Source: Lentisphaerota bacterium | GTDB lineage: Bacteria; Verrucomicrobiota; Lentisphaeria; Oligosphaerales; Oligosphaeraceae | Assembly (NCBI GenBank): GCA_012799755.1 | Contig: JAAZKQ010000604.1 | Span: 1-32,144, forward strand | DNA: 32,144 nucleotides | Direction of reading: 5' to 3' | Shown here: in pieces, positions 1 to 9,600 of the stretch | Layout: every line of letters begins with the position of its first letter | Numbering within the stretch: position 1 is the first letter of the stretch | Translations under genes and position numbers: made by a program | Notes under the pieces: generated by a model | The model's database searches: none | Told to the model about the DNA's origin: nothing | Seen by the model: only the letters and a program-made list of their open reading frames with translations

Positions 1-6
1 AATCAG

Positions 7-26
7 GCGCCTCGGAGAGGCGCTAC
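7..26 (-). repeat. GTAG-type REP-like hairpin
   Basis: The minus strand reads GTAGCGCCTCTCCGAGGCGC: a GTAG tetranucleotide running into a GCGCCTC/GAGGCGC stem. Confidence 0.5.
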
Positions 27-116
27 AGAAGACTGCCAAAAGAAACCGAAAATGTTAATTTAATTTCTGTACAGATCCTAAATAGTCAGTCATGCATCAA
101 TAAGAGGAGATTCACC

Positions 117-917
117 ATGCATCGTTGTATTTTTCCAATATGGGGACAGGAACGTCCATTTGCCGTGCCTGAAGATGCCGTTGACAAAGAGCATTTCAAG
201 GAGAGCACTGACGGCAATGAGCGCATCACCGATGTCAGTGAACCCACTCTTTCTTTTTTCCCGGCCTCGGGGCCTGGCGTCCATCCGGCCCTGCTGATCT
301 GCCCGGGCGGAGGCTACTCACACCTCTCGTGGCTGGTGGAAGGACTGGATATTGCCGGCCTGGCCAATTTGGCCGGCATCTCGGCATTCGTGCTAAAATA
401 TCGTTGTCCTCAACGCCGTGAAGCCGCTCATGCGGATGCGGCGCGCGCGATGCGTCTGATTCGTCATCGTGCGCAAGAGTTCACCATCTGTCCTGAAAAG
501 GTCGGCGCCATCGGCTTTTCGGCCGGAGCGCATTTGGCAGCGACCATTTCTGCGCCGGCCAATCCAGTGCCCTATCCGGCCATTGATGCAGCCGATGAAT
601 GCTCCTTCCGGCCCAATTTCCTGGCCTTGATTTACCCGGCATATTTGGCTGATGACCAGCTGAAACTGGCGCCGGAGTTCCGCATTGACGAAGCGACGCC
701 CCAGACTTTTTTGGTTCAGAGCGAGAATGACTCTGTGCGGGTGGAAAACAGCCTTGCCTGGTATTGGGAACTGAAAAAACACCAGATACCGGCGGAGATG
801 CATCTCTATCCCGACGGCGGTCACGGTTATGGACTTCTTCGCACCGGCAGCGCGGCTTCCGCCTGGGGCGAAGCCACCAGTGCCTGGCTGAAACGCATCA
901 ACGGGATACCAAGATAG
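117..917 (+). CDS. Alpha/beta hydrolase (acetyl-xylan/feruloyl esterase-like carboxylesterase)
   Basis: PGGGY oxyanion motif, GFSAG nucleophile elbow, and candidate catalytic Asp (END) and His (GGHGYG). Strong RBS AAGAGGAG upstream of the ATG. Confidence 0.85.
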   Translation: MHRCIFPIWGQERPFAVPEDAVDKEHFKESTDGNERITDVSEPTLSFFPASGPGVHPALLICPGGGYSHLSWLVEGLDIAGLANLAGISAFVLKYRCPQRREAAHADAARAMRLIRHRAQEFTICPEKVGAIGFSAGAHLAATISAPANPVPYPAIDAADECSFRPNFLALIYPAYLADDQLKLAPEFRIDEATPQTFLVQSENDSVRVENSLAWYWELKKHQIPAEMHLYPDGGHGYGLLRTGSAASAWGEATSAWLKRINGIPR

Positions 918-1042
918 AAGACAGCCGGCGGAGTAACTCCGGGGACTGCCCGGAACCCTCAGCGAACCGTGCTTACAGATTTCCAGTACACGGCCTCCCT
1001 ACGTTTCCGGTGCAAGACATTACGCGGCGCAGTCAGTCGCAT

Positions 1043-1406
1043 CGTCCGGCTCCCGACTGTGCTGCGGCCTTTCAGCCCGCAGCATTTTTTTCTATCCGCA
1101 GATTACGCGGATTAGCGCAGATTTTTTTGTAGGGTTGATTGCTTGGCAGTCCAAGGCTTCTTCCAGTGTCAGATCGTCTTCGGGCGTCCAAGCCGCACAC
1201 CCAACATCATCCATCTCCCGGCTGTGCTGTGGCCTTTCAGCCCGCAGCGTCACATGATTCCGCAGACGAAAACCAAGCGTCCGGCGCCCGGCTGTGCTGC
1301 GGCCTTTCAGCCCGCAGCGTCACATAACCCCGCAAACGAAAAACCAAGCGTCCATCTCCCGGCTGTGCTGCGGCCTTGCAGCCCGCAGCGTCACATGATT
1401 CCGCCA
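1043..1406. repeat. REP/BIME-like cluster: four copies of CCCGGCTGTGCTGCGGCCTTTCAGCCCGCAGC (three in ~70-71 bp tandem units) plus a 9-bp-periodic GCAGATT element
   Basis: Copies start near 1052, 1217, 1287 and 1358, each with an internal GCTGCGG...CCGCAGC stem. The cluster lies between convergent genes. 1085-1128 is TTTTTTTCTATCCGCAGATTACGCGGATTAGCGCAGATTTTTTT. Confidence 0.85.
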
Positions 1407-1473
1407 GCCGCCCCCTATGCGTCTCTCTCTCCAGCCATTTCCGCGCTTTGATTCCTCCGTAAGCCGAAGATAT

Positions 1474-4400
1474 TTACCGCCTTCCCTCGCTGATCTTTGC
1501 CAAAAACACCTGTTGTTGCTCTGGGCTAAGCTGCCGGAAGCGTTCTACGAGCCATTCAATCGCCAGTTTGCTCAAATGGCCTTCGATCTTCGCCAGCATC
1601 GCACGCCGCCGATCACGTCCCGAAGCCGACAAGAATGCCGGCGCAGCGGTAACGCGCTCATGCAATGTGTTGACCTCGGCCGAGCTAAGCTGCGCTAGCT
1701 TCGCCGTGCGTTCTTCCAGTTCAGCGAGCCATGCTGTGGCTTTGCGTTCCCGCTCGGCGAGATGCCACTGGCAGAATGTCTCCATGGTCTCTGTCGGGTC
1801 CCACGGCAGCTCTGCGTCAGCTAGCCGCTCATAGACATCGGCGCAGATTTTGGCTGTATGAGCAGCATACTCGTCAGGGGTCAGCAGGTCATTTTCAAGA
1901 TTACGATACGCCTCCATAAAGATACGCAGCGCCTGACGTATCGCTTGGAAATCCTCAAGGTCGTCCGGGCAGCCCTCATAGATGGCGAAGAGTTCATTAA
2001 TCTCATTGTTGATTATTTCCAAGTCATCATATGATGCGATCTCGCTTTGCCACAGTTCATTCGCGCGCTTGCTGACCTTATCTATCTCCGCTTCAACAGC
2101 ATTGAGGAAGCCCGACAACTTAGCCCGTAATGGCGGCAGATCGGGCAAGTCCACATTCGCAGCAAACTGTTTGAGTTTTTTCGCATAGTCCGGACCCGTT
2201 TTTTGCAGAGCCCGAAGCTGTGCAATCCGCACTTGCCGAAAAGCCTGCTGATTACTCGTCAGCCACAAATCCACCTCGCGTATCGTCTGCCCGGCGGCGG
2301 CAAAGAGTTCGGCTTGCCGACAGGCATTCATCGTATGCTTGTTCAGCGCTTCAGATAAATCGTGCAGATTCAGCTTTTCCAGGTTCAAGCATATTCGGTG
2401 AGTCATCTTCTGCTTAAATTGCCCAACCGCATCCGGCGATTCATTCGGCGGCATTTGCCGCGGCAACCATGCCGGGAATATCTCAATGAGCTCCTGGCGC
2501 CTTTCCAGAATGATCGGAGTGTAGCCGTCGATTTCCGCATCAGTCCAGCGTGGCTTTTCCTCTTTCATTTTTTCCTGCAGCGCCACAAGCTCGGCCAGCC
2601 CCCAGGAAAGTAGCCCGGCGTCCTGCTTCTCCAAACCATCTTCAGTCTTGCGAATAGCCTTATTTGCCTCATCCTCAACCACCTTGATCTGCTGCATAGC
2701 CGTCTTCAGTCGCTCGACAAGAGTCTCCCTTTTGTACCCAAGCGTCGTCGGCAGGGGTATGCGCTTTTTCAGCTCTTCCGCGCGCAAGAAGCACTCCTTT
2801 TGCGCCGAATAGGTCTCGACCTGTTCCCACTCATCCAACAAGACCTCCCATTCCGATGACATTTCCCCAGATTGGAACAACACGACGTCATGCAGTCCAT
2901 TGAGATCGAGAAAAGCCCCCTTGAACGCGCCTTCATTCAGCCATTCGCTGACCGCGATGGTCTGATCATTTTTGACGATTGCCACTTTGTCCGTACGGGC
3001 AGCCAAGAACGCGCCAAGAAAAAGCCCGGCCGAGGCAATATTCGCGCCGTATGGCGGCGCGCAGAGGCCGCGTATGGCTTCGCCAAGATGGAGACGATTG
3101 TCAGCACCGCTCAGCCGTTGTTCCCACTTTTCGGCGACGCTTTTCAAAATTGGGTTTTCAGGTCGCGGTCGCACCGAGCCATTTTTGGCGTAGATTCCCC
3201 AGGCATCCTTGAGCACCGTGCTAGCTCGGTTTTGATCTTTCGATGGCTTGGCCATAACCGCGTTCCAGTCCAGACGCCCAAGCATCAGCTCCGTCGTCAA
3301 ACTCAGGCAGGTCTTGGCGGCATTGCCGCGCGCCGTACCAAAACCGTCAAAGGGAAAAATGACGGGCTTCGGATACACGCGCGCAAAGATTTCTGAACAC
3401 ACCCGGTCGAGCCGCCGCGCCATTAATGGCTCGCTGAACGCCGTGACATAATGCCGCTCCTTGATCATCGTGTCCAAGCGCGATTTCAGATCCTGGAGCA
3501 TTTTGTCCTCATGCGCAGCAATAAGATGGCCGAATTTGGCAGCGTCCTGTGGATTGATTTTGTCTTTCATGACGTCGATTTCAGCCAGGGCCTGCCCGAG
3601 CTTGCCTTCGTCATCAACAAGCAGGACGACGAGAATGGGCACGCCGGCGACCTTCGCATCCTTGGCTGCAGCACGCAGCTGCTGGCTTATTTGCCGTTCG
3701 ACACTCTCAAAATCACGATTGGGCTCGACATAGCAGTAAATGACCGTTCCACGCGGTTGGTCGCAGGCGAACGCATTGAGCCACTGGTCCACGGCAGCTT
3801 TGATGTGGATATTCACAAGGTCCAGGTGCGATGTCACCGCCTGATAACGCCATTAGGTCGTGCTAATCTTGTTCTCTTCGCCAAAGTCACACTCGCGATC
3901 GCCTAAATCATCACACCATTCCTTGGCTTTGGACGAAAACAAATTTGCCTTGCCCTTAACGTCATAAGTGCTGTTAACACGTTGACGAATGTAGGCCAAA
4001 AACTGGGCCTTGGGCACCGCATCCCCGAGGATGTCGAACTGCTTGAAGCCCTCGTCCCACTCCACAATGTTGAACTCGTCGCTTAGCTCCTGCAAGTTCC
4101 CGGCGGCGATTTCAACCGACAACCCAGCCAGTGCGGCCAGTGCGGCAGTCGCGTCATTTTTATGGCTTACCCGCAAGCCCATTTTCGCCGCCAGCACAAT
4201 CGCCTGCAGTATTCTGATGTGGTCGGTCATAAATTGCATGCCATGCCGCGCCATGGCCGATGCATACGAGTGCGTAATGGCGCCCTGCTGGCCGCTCTCT
4301 TCGGAGCTTATGAGCTCATGCTGCAGCGACTCAGTCAGCAAATCAACCGGCCACAGCACGCTGCTCTTGCTGCCGTCAATTGGGTAGTTCTGAAAACGGT

Positions 4401-5763
4401 CGAAGGTCTCACCCAGCAGCGCCAGGACAGAACGTTCCTGCAGATGCTTGCCGGCCGCAGCAAGGTGGAAGAGCAGCCACACCGCATAGGGCGAAAGCGG
4501 CCAGCAGCCCTTGCGGACGACATTGTGAAAGCGGCTGTCGTCTTGCCAAAGATGGTGATGCTGCGACGAGGGAAACCATTTACCAATAGACGACATAATC
4601 TGCATTGATTCTTCCCTGGCCGCATCCGTATTAAGCATGCTGTCAAGGAACGGCACATCGCGCTTTTCAATCAAATTGGCTATCAGGGTTTCCAGGTTGA
4701 TGGACAGAAAAGCCTTGTTGGCTGTCTGGTACCTGGTGACATAGCGCATGATCTCATTGCGGTGTTCGACGGCCACACGCTGGACGTAGGCATTGAGCTC
4801 AAACTGGATAAATCCCACAAAGCAGACTTTGCCAGTGTTGTTCTGCACGGCCTCAAACAAGTCTTGCAAGGCGCCGCTACCAGCTATGTGACTTCGCGTC
4901 GTCGCAAATTCCGTGTAGCGGCCAAATTCGTCGAACAAAATAAGGATGGACTTGAACGCTTTTCCCACCCCACAGTATTCGCGCGCGGCGAGGTCAATAA
5001 CATCCCGAACAGACTCACCACCATAGGCTGAGATACGGATGTTATGTTGTTCGAGCACGGTGTTAACCTGCCGGTACACCGCGTCGTCCTGTTGCTCCAA
5101 CTTGGCGATAATCTCGTCAACAGTACTGGCGTCACAGGCGCTAAGGACCGCGTTGATCAACTCAAGGTTATCCTTGGCCATTCGGAGCAAACTCTCGGCT
5201 TGCTTGAAACGCGGACGAAGCTCGTCCAGTGGCCGGGTGTTCAGCCCTCTTTTTTGCACCTGACGAATGATTTGCCGGGTCGTCTCAGAAGCGAGATCGA
5301 CACTTCGCATGCCGTTCAAGGCCAGAACCAGGCACGGCTGTTTGGTGTCGGTCAACAAGGTCCGCAAATTAGCCGCGATGTTCTGATCAGCGGCGGCCAG
5401 ACCTGCCAGAATGCTGTCCGCTTCCGAGCCGGTAGGATTGTCCAACAGCCGGCCAATGGTAAGTGCGAGGTGTGATTTGCCCGTGCCATAACCGGCGATG
5501 GCCAGCGTAAAAGGAACGTCATCCAAACCGTAGCAGTGGTCGACCACCGCTTTGACAAAACTGGCACTGTCCTGCAGGCGATGGCCATGGCTACTGCCGA
5601 TATCCGCCTGTGAAACGCCGTGGTATGTCGGCCCATGAAAAACGAATGCGGCTGAGGCCGCGGCGGCTTTCTTCTCATCGGCATCGAACCAATCAATGCT
5701 AACGGCGCCGTTAAAGAGCTTGTCGCCACGAAAACGAACCACCGAACCAAGTAATGTGGACAT
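1474..5763 (-). pseudogene. Second SspC/BrxC-like P-loop ATPase (1429 aa if intact), interrupted by an in-frame TAA at 3853-3855
   Basis: ORFs 3853..5763 and 1474..3837 are in the same frame: AAG ATT AGC ACG ACC TAA TGG CGT TAT CAG GCG GTG. Walker A AGYGTGKS, Walker B ILFDEFG, and the WPLSP, QERS and APPYG motifs parallel those in the 18095..21484 protein. Strong RBS AGGAGG at 5763; no convincing RBS at 3837. Confidence 0.72.
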
Positions 5764-5777
5764 ATCCCTCCCTCCTC

Positions 5778-6626
5778 CTATATCATGTCGTCATAGATCA
5801 TTTTCCAGGCCGCGTCAGCACTTTTCTTGGGATGGATCAGCCATGGCTGCATGTGCCTGTCCACGCCAATCAGGCCTTTTTGTTCGATCAGCGCCAGTAC
5901 ACGCAGAGTTTCGTCAGCATCCCAACCAGGAATACTCTTCCAGCCGGCTTCCTGGTCTAGTTCAACAACTGATAGCTGCTCATTCTTGGGAAAATGCAGC
6001 TCAATCAATCTGAGAAGCCAGGCGCCCAAGCCATAACCAAATTCATCGCGAATAGGTGTGGGCTGGCGCGTGATGACGTCGCCGTTTTCTGACAGCGCAC
6101 CGCAGGCTCCAAAGGCCGCGTTGTCTTCGTACATGCCGACCATGGGCCCAATGATGCCGGAGGCTGGGCAATCGAGCATCTGCCCCAGGTAGTTTTCGAG
6201 TTGCGTACGCGTGAACGTCATGCCCAATCGCTGCTTGCCTGGGAAGAAAGTCTGGTACCACACCTCGGCACCATGTAACGGGCTACAAAGCTGGAAATGC
6301 GCAAGCCACTGGGTTATGGGCAGCTTGAGGTAGGGATCTTCAAAAAACACCACGCGACCAAATGGCGTCAACTCGAATCGCTTAACGGCGCTACGCGGCG
6401 CCCCCACTAACGAGATCAAGCCCATGCCCCGGCAGTAATCAACAATTGCCGGGACTTTTCCGGACGATTTTCCCGTGGGAATCCCAGTTTCGGCGGCAAT
6501 GCTTTGACTGTCGCCCGCCTTGCCTGCCGCGGCGAAACGAAGTAGCGCATTGATGTACTGCCGCTCAGGCTTGAAAGTCGTATGAAAATTGCGCGCCAGG
6601 CGCGATGCATTAGCACTCAAAACCAC
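5778..6626 (-). CDS. DUF4007-family protein, divergent second SspB-like copy
   Basis: FHTTF, GKVPAIVDYCRGMGLI and LTPFG...EDPYL...TQWLAHFQL align by eye with GHQTF, GKNMVGSIQYWCELTGII and VTPFA...DPYLED..SWWLLHWRL of 21481..22374. Start is GTG 6626 or TTG 6620, overlapping the upstream gene's stop. Confidence 0.72.
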   Translation of the reverse strand: MVLSANASRLARNFHTTFKPERQYINALLRFAAAGKAGDSQSIAAETGIPTGKSSGKVPAIVDYCRGMGLISLVGAPRSAVKRFELTPFGRVVFFEDPYLKLPITQWLAHFQLCSPLHGAEVWYQTFFPGKQRLGMTFTRTQLENYLGQMLDCPASGIIGPMVGMYEDNAAFGACGALSENGDVITRQPTPIRDEFGYGLGAWLLRLIELHFPKNEQLSVVELDQEAGWKSIPGWDADETLRVLALIEQKGLIGVDRHMQPWLIHPKKSADAAWKMIYDDMI

Positions 6627-9600
6627 GTTCCTCCAAGGGCGTGATGCGTATCTTCACGGCCTTCTTGACGAGTTTGTTCCGCATGGGGTCCCATTGTTGG
6701 CCAATGGAGTAACATTCGCCCTTGCCAAGAGCGGACAATCTGCGGATCCATTCATCGGCACTTCGACGATCAATCTGGCTGAGAATCTTTGCAAAGTTTT
6801 TCATCTCTGTATCCGAGGGCCGAAAGAACAGCTGCTGGTCAGCTAAAAACATTCGGGTAATTTCATCGGCTTTCATACCACTCATGCTTTGGGTTGCGAG
6901 CATCAACGATATGCCGAATTTGCGTCCTTCTCGCAAGTATTTGGCCAAGGGGCTGTCTTCTCTGTGGTCGAGGTTTTGCACCTCATCCAACACAATGACC
7001 TTGGGGTTGGTTTTGACACCACGGGCTTGTAGGAAACCATACAGATCCCAGAGGATAAATTCGGTAATGAGCCGGCCAGAATGCGTATCCATCCCATAGA
7101 GCTGGAAAATGTTACAGAGAGTCTCTGGAGCGGAAAAAAGCTGATCCCAGTTATAGCTGCTCGGGCCGGAGGCAAAGGGGCGATCAAGAACAAAGGGACG
7201 CAACTTGTTAGATAGGGATAGTGCAGGAGATTTGCTTTCCTTGCTTTCTCTCAGCTCATCTAACATGGCTAGCATTTTCTCCAGGTCCATTTCTGTTCCC
7301 CAACGCGCAACACCATCCATGATGACTTGGTGCAGACAGGAGTATTGCTGGTCACCGATGGCATACACCGAATCAAAGAGCCCGGCTATGCGCTTAGCAA
7401 TGTTGTTGGGGGTTTCGGTGAACTCAATACCGCCATCATCCGATGTTTGTGCCAGGAAGGGATTGATTGGCAATGGATTATTGCGCACCACGTGCTGGGT
7501 GGGATGCAAAACCACCTGCGTCATCTCTTCCAACTGATTGGGCAGGAAGCCATTAGTGTAATCAACAATCAAGCTGTGCTGCTGCAACTTCTGCATCTCA
7601 CAGAGAATGGCCTGGATGGCGTAGGTCTTCCCCTGCCCCGACGAGCCAAAGATGATCATGTGGCGATTAGGAAGCTCTGGATGATTAAATTCCCAGTACA
7701 CGGGCTGGTCACCGGGAATGCTCGTACCCAGCAGAATTTTTGCCGGCTTGATGGACGATGGCAGAATAATATCCGTCTCATCGGTGGCACCAAAATCAGC
7801 AACCTGCACCAGACCGGCGGGATGTGAAACAATGACGGGGGCTATCGCCTGCGGGGATGGTGGCAGGGGCATCACGATCGACGCCGGCGTGCTGGCCCCA
7901 TCGCCTGCTATCTTCTCGCCGTCAGCAGCAGCCTTCTCAGCAGCAGCCTTCTCAGCAGCCCTCTCAGCAGCAGCCCTCTCAGCAGCGGCCCTCTCAGCAG
8001 CGGCCCTCTCAGCAGCAGCCCTCTCAGCAGCGGCCCTCTCAGCAGCAAGCTCTGCACCATCGTCGGCGCTGTCGTCATCGTCATCCTCATCGTCATCGTT
8101 TGCTGCATAATCATCTTGAGCAAATCTGCAGTCGTCACTACCCGATGGCGCTGCCAGTCCTTCGCCCTGTCCGTTGAGGCTGGACCAGTCAATTGGCACG
8201 GCATCACTACCACAGCACAGACGACGCACAAAACCACCGCCAATTTCGTAGACGTTCCCCGTAATCCCTGGCATCCCCGCGCTTGGCCAGTAATAGGAAC
8301 GCCTGATCTCGTCTTCGCCATTGATGCCAAAGAGAAAAACCGACGCCGCCCAGCTGAGCTTAAAATCGCCTTCGGCGAGGCGTTCCAAGGCGTCGCGCGC
8401 GGCTTGGTAACGCCCTCTTTCTACCTCGGTCTTGCATGCAATCAGGCGGTGCAGTTGCATCCACCAGTAGCGTTTGTCCGGCCGTTGTTCGGAGCCCGCC
8501 GTATTGGGCGCAAAAGCCGCCGCAAGCACCAGCAAACCGTTATCGATTTGCCCCTGGGCTTTGTTGACATAATCCGAGGGCTTGGAACCCAGCTTACATT
8601 CGACGAGCTGAATACGGACGTGCAAGCGTCCATCGTCCTTAATGGCGACCTGCAGCCACATAAGATCGGGTCTCGTGTTATTCTCGGCTAGATCGAACCA
8701 ATGCCGGTAGGCGTCCAAGGACACCAGTGTTTCGCAAAGCAGCGACTCGCCCTCGCCCGATTGTAGCATCATGCGTGACAGAGCATAGGCCATAAAGTCG
8801 TGAATATAATTGTCATGTACCCCCGTAGCCCGCACCAGCGACAAGCCAGAAAGGGTACTGGCAGTGGCGATGATTTTCTCAGCGCTTTCTTTACACTCGT
8901 CAGGCGTCCAACTTGCCTCGGGGACATAAAGCTCTTTAATGGCCTGGCTCACCCGACGCTGGATGTTCTCCAGGGTAAATGCCTCAGTTGAGATGGTGTA
9001 GTTATCTTCGCCTTGGTTGCCGACACCAGAACCGAACCCGATGATATCACGCTTGTTGCCGGACGTTTTGTCACCAGGTTTGATAAGGCGTTCGTCCATA
9101 TTGGGGTCAATACACACCACCCATTCGGCTTTTTCATGGAGACGATTCACTAATTCAATCCAAGGGTTGAATACGCCCGTAGCCACAACCAGCGTCCCGG
9201 GTTGCGAGGTCTTAGTACGCAAGGAGTGAAGCAAGTTAGCGTGCTTATCCGCCAACCCAAACTGCCGATTGCTGGTAATGCGCTGACGGCGGTATTGGCC
9301 ATGAGGATCATTTGTTGAACAGCAGGCTTTTTCCAGGATCGGATACATGAGTTTATGACTGGTTATGTCGAATTCATTCACCTTCTCGAAGCTACTACCA
9401 CTACAAGCACCGACAAAGTCATACAAAACGGCTATGTCAGCCTCAAAATGCTCTTTAATAAGCTTGACGAAGGCACCTTGGTCGCCTTGCTCGATAATGC
9501 GATGGGCGATGGAGAAACGGCAGTAGCGATACAGCTCATACGCCTTCTCCGTTTCGGCTGCTTCCCAACGTTCTCGCCACTGTTGCACCCACATGGCCGC

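Noticed and set aside
1210-1406. CRISPR array (~70 bp period with palindromic repeat)
   Set aside because: The intervening sequences are near copies of each other rather than unique spacers, there are no cas genes, and the same unit recurs elsewhere like a REP.
3853-3855. Programmed recoding (Sec/Pyl or alternative genetic code)
   Set aside because: The codon is TAA, which Sec and Pyl do not use, and TAA serves as a normal stop in other genes here.
7718-8330. Gln-, Ser/Ala- and Leu-rich repeat ORFs
   Set aside because: They are other-frame readings of the 15-bp minisatellite inside the H-like gene.
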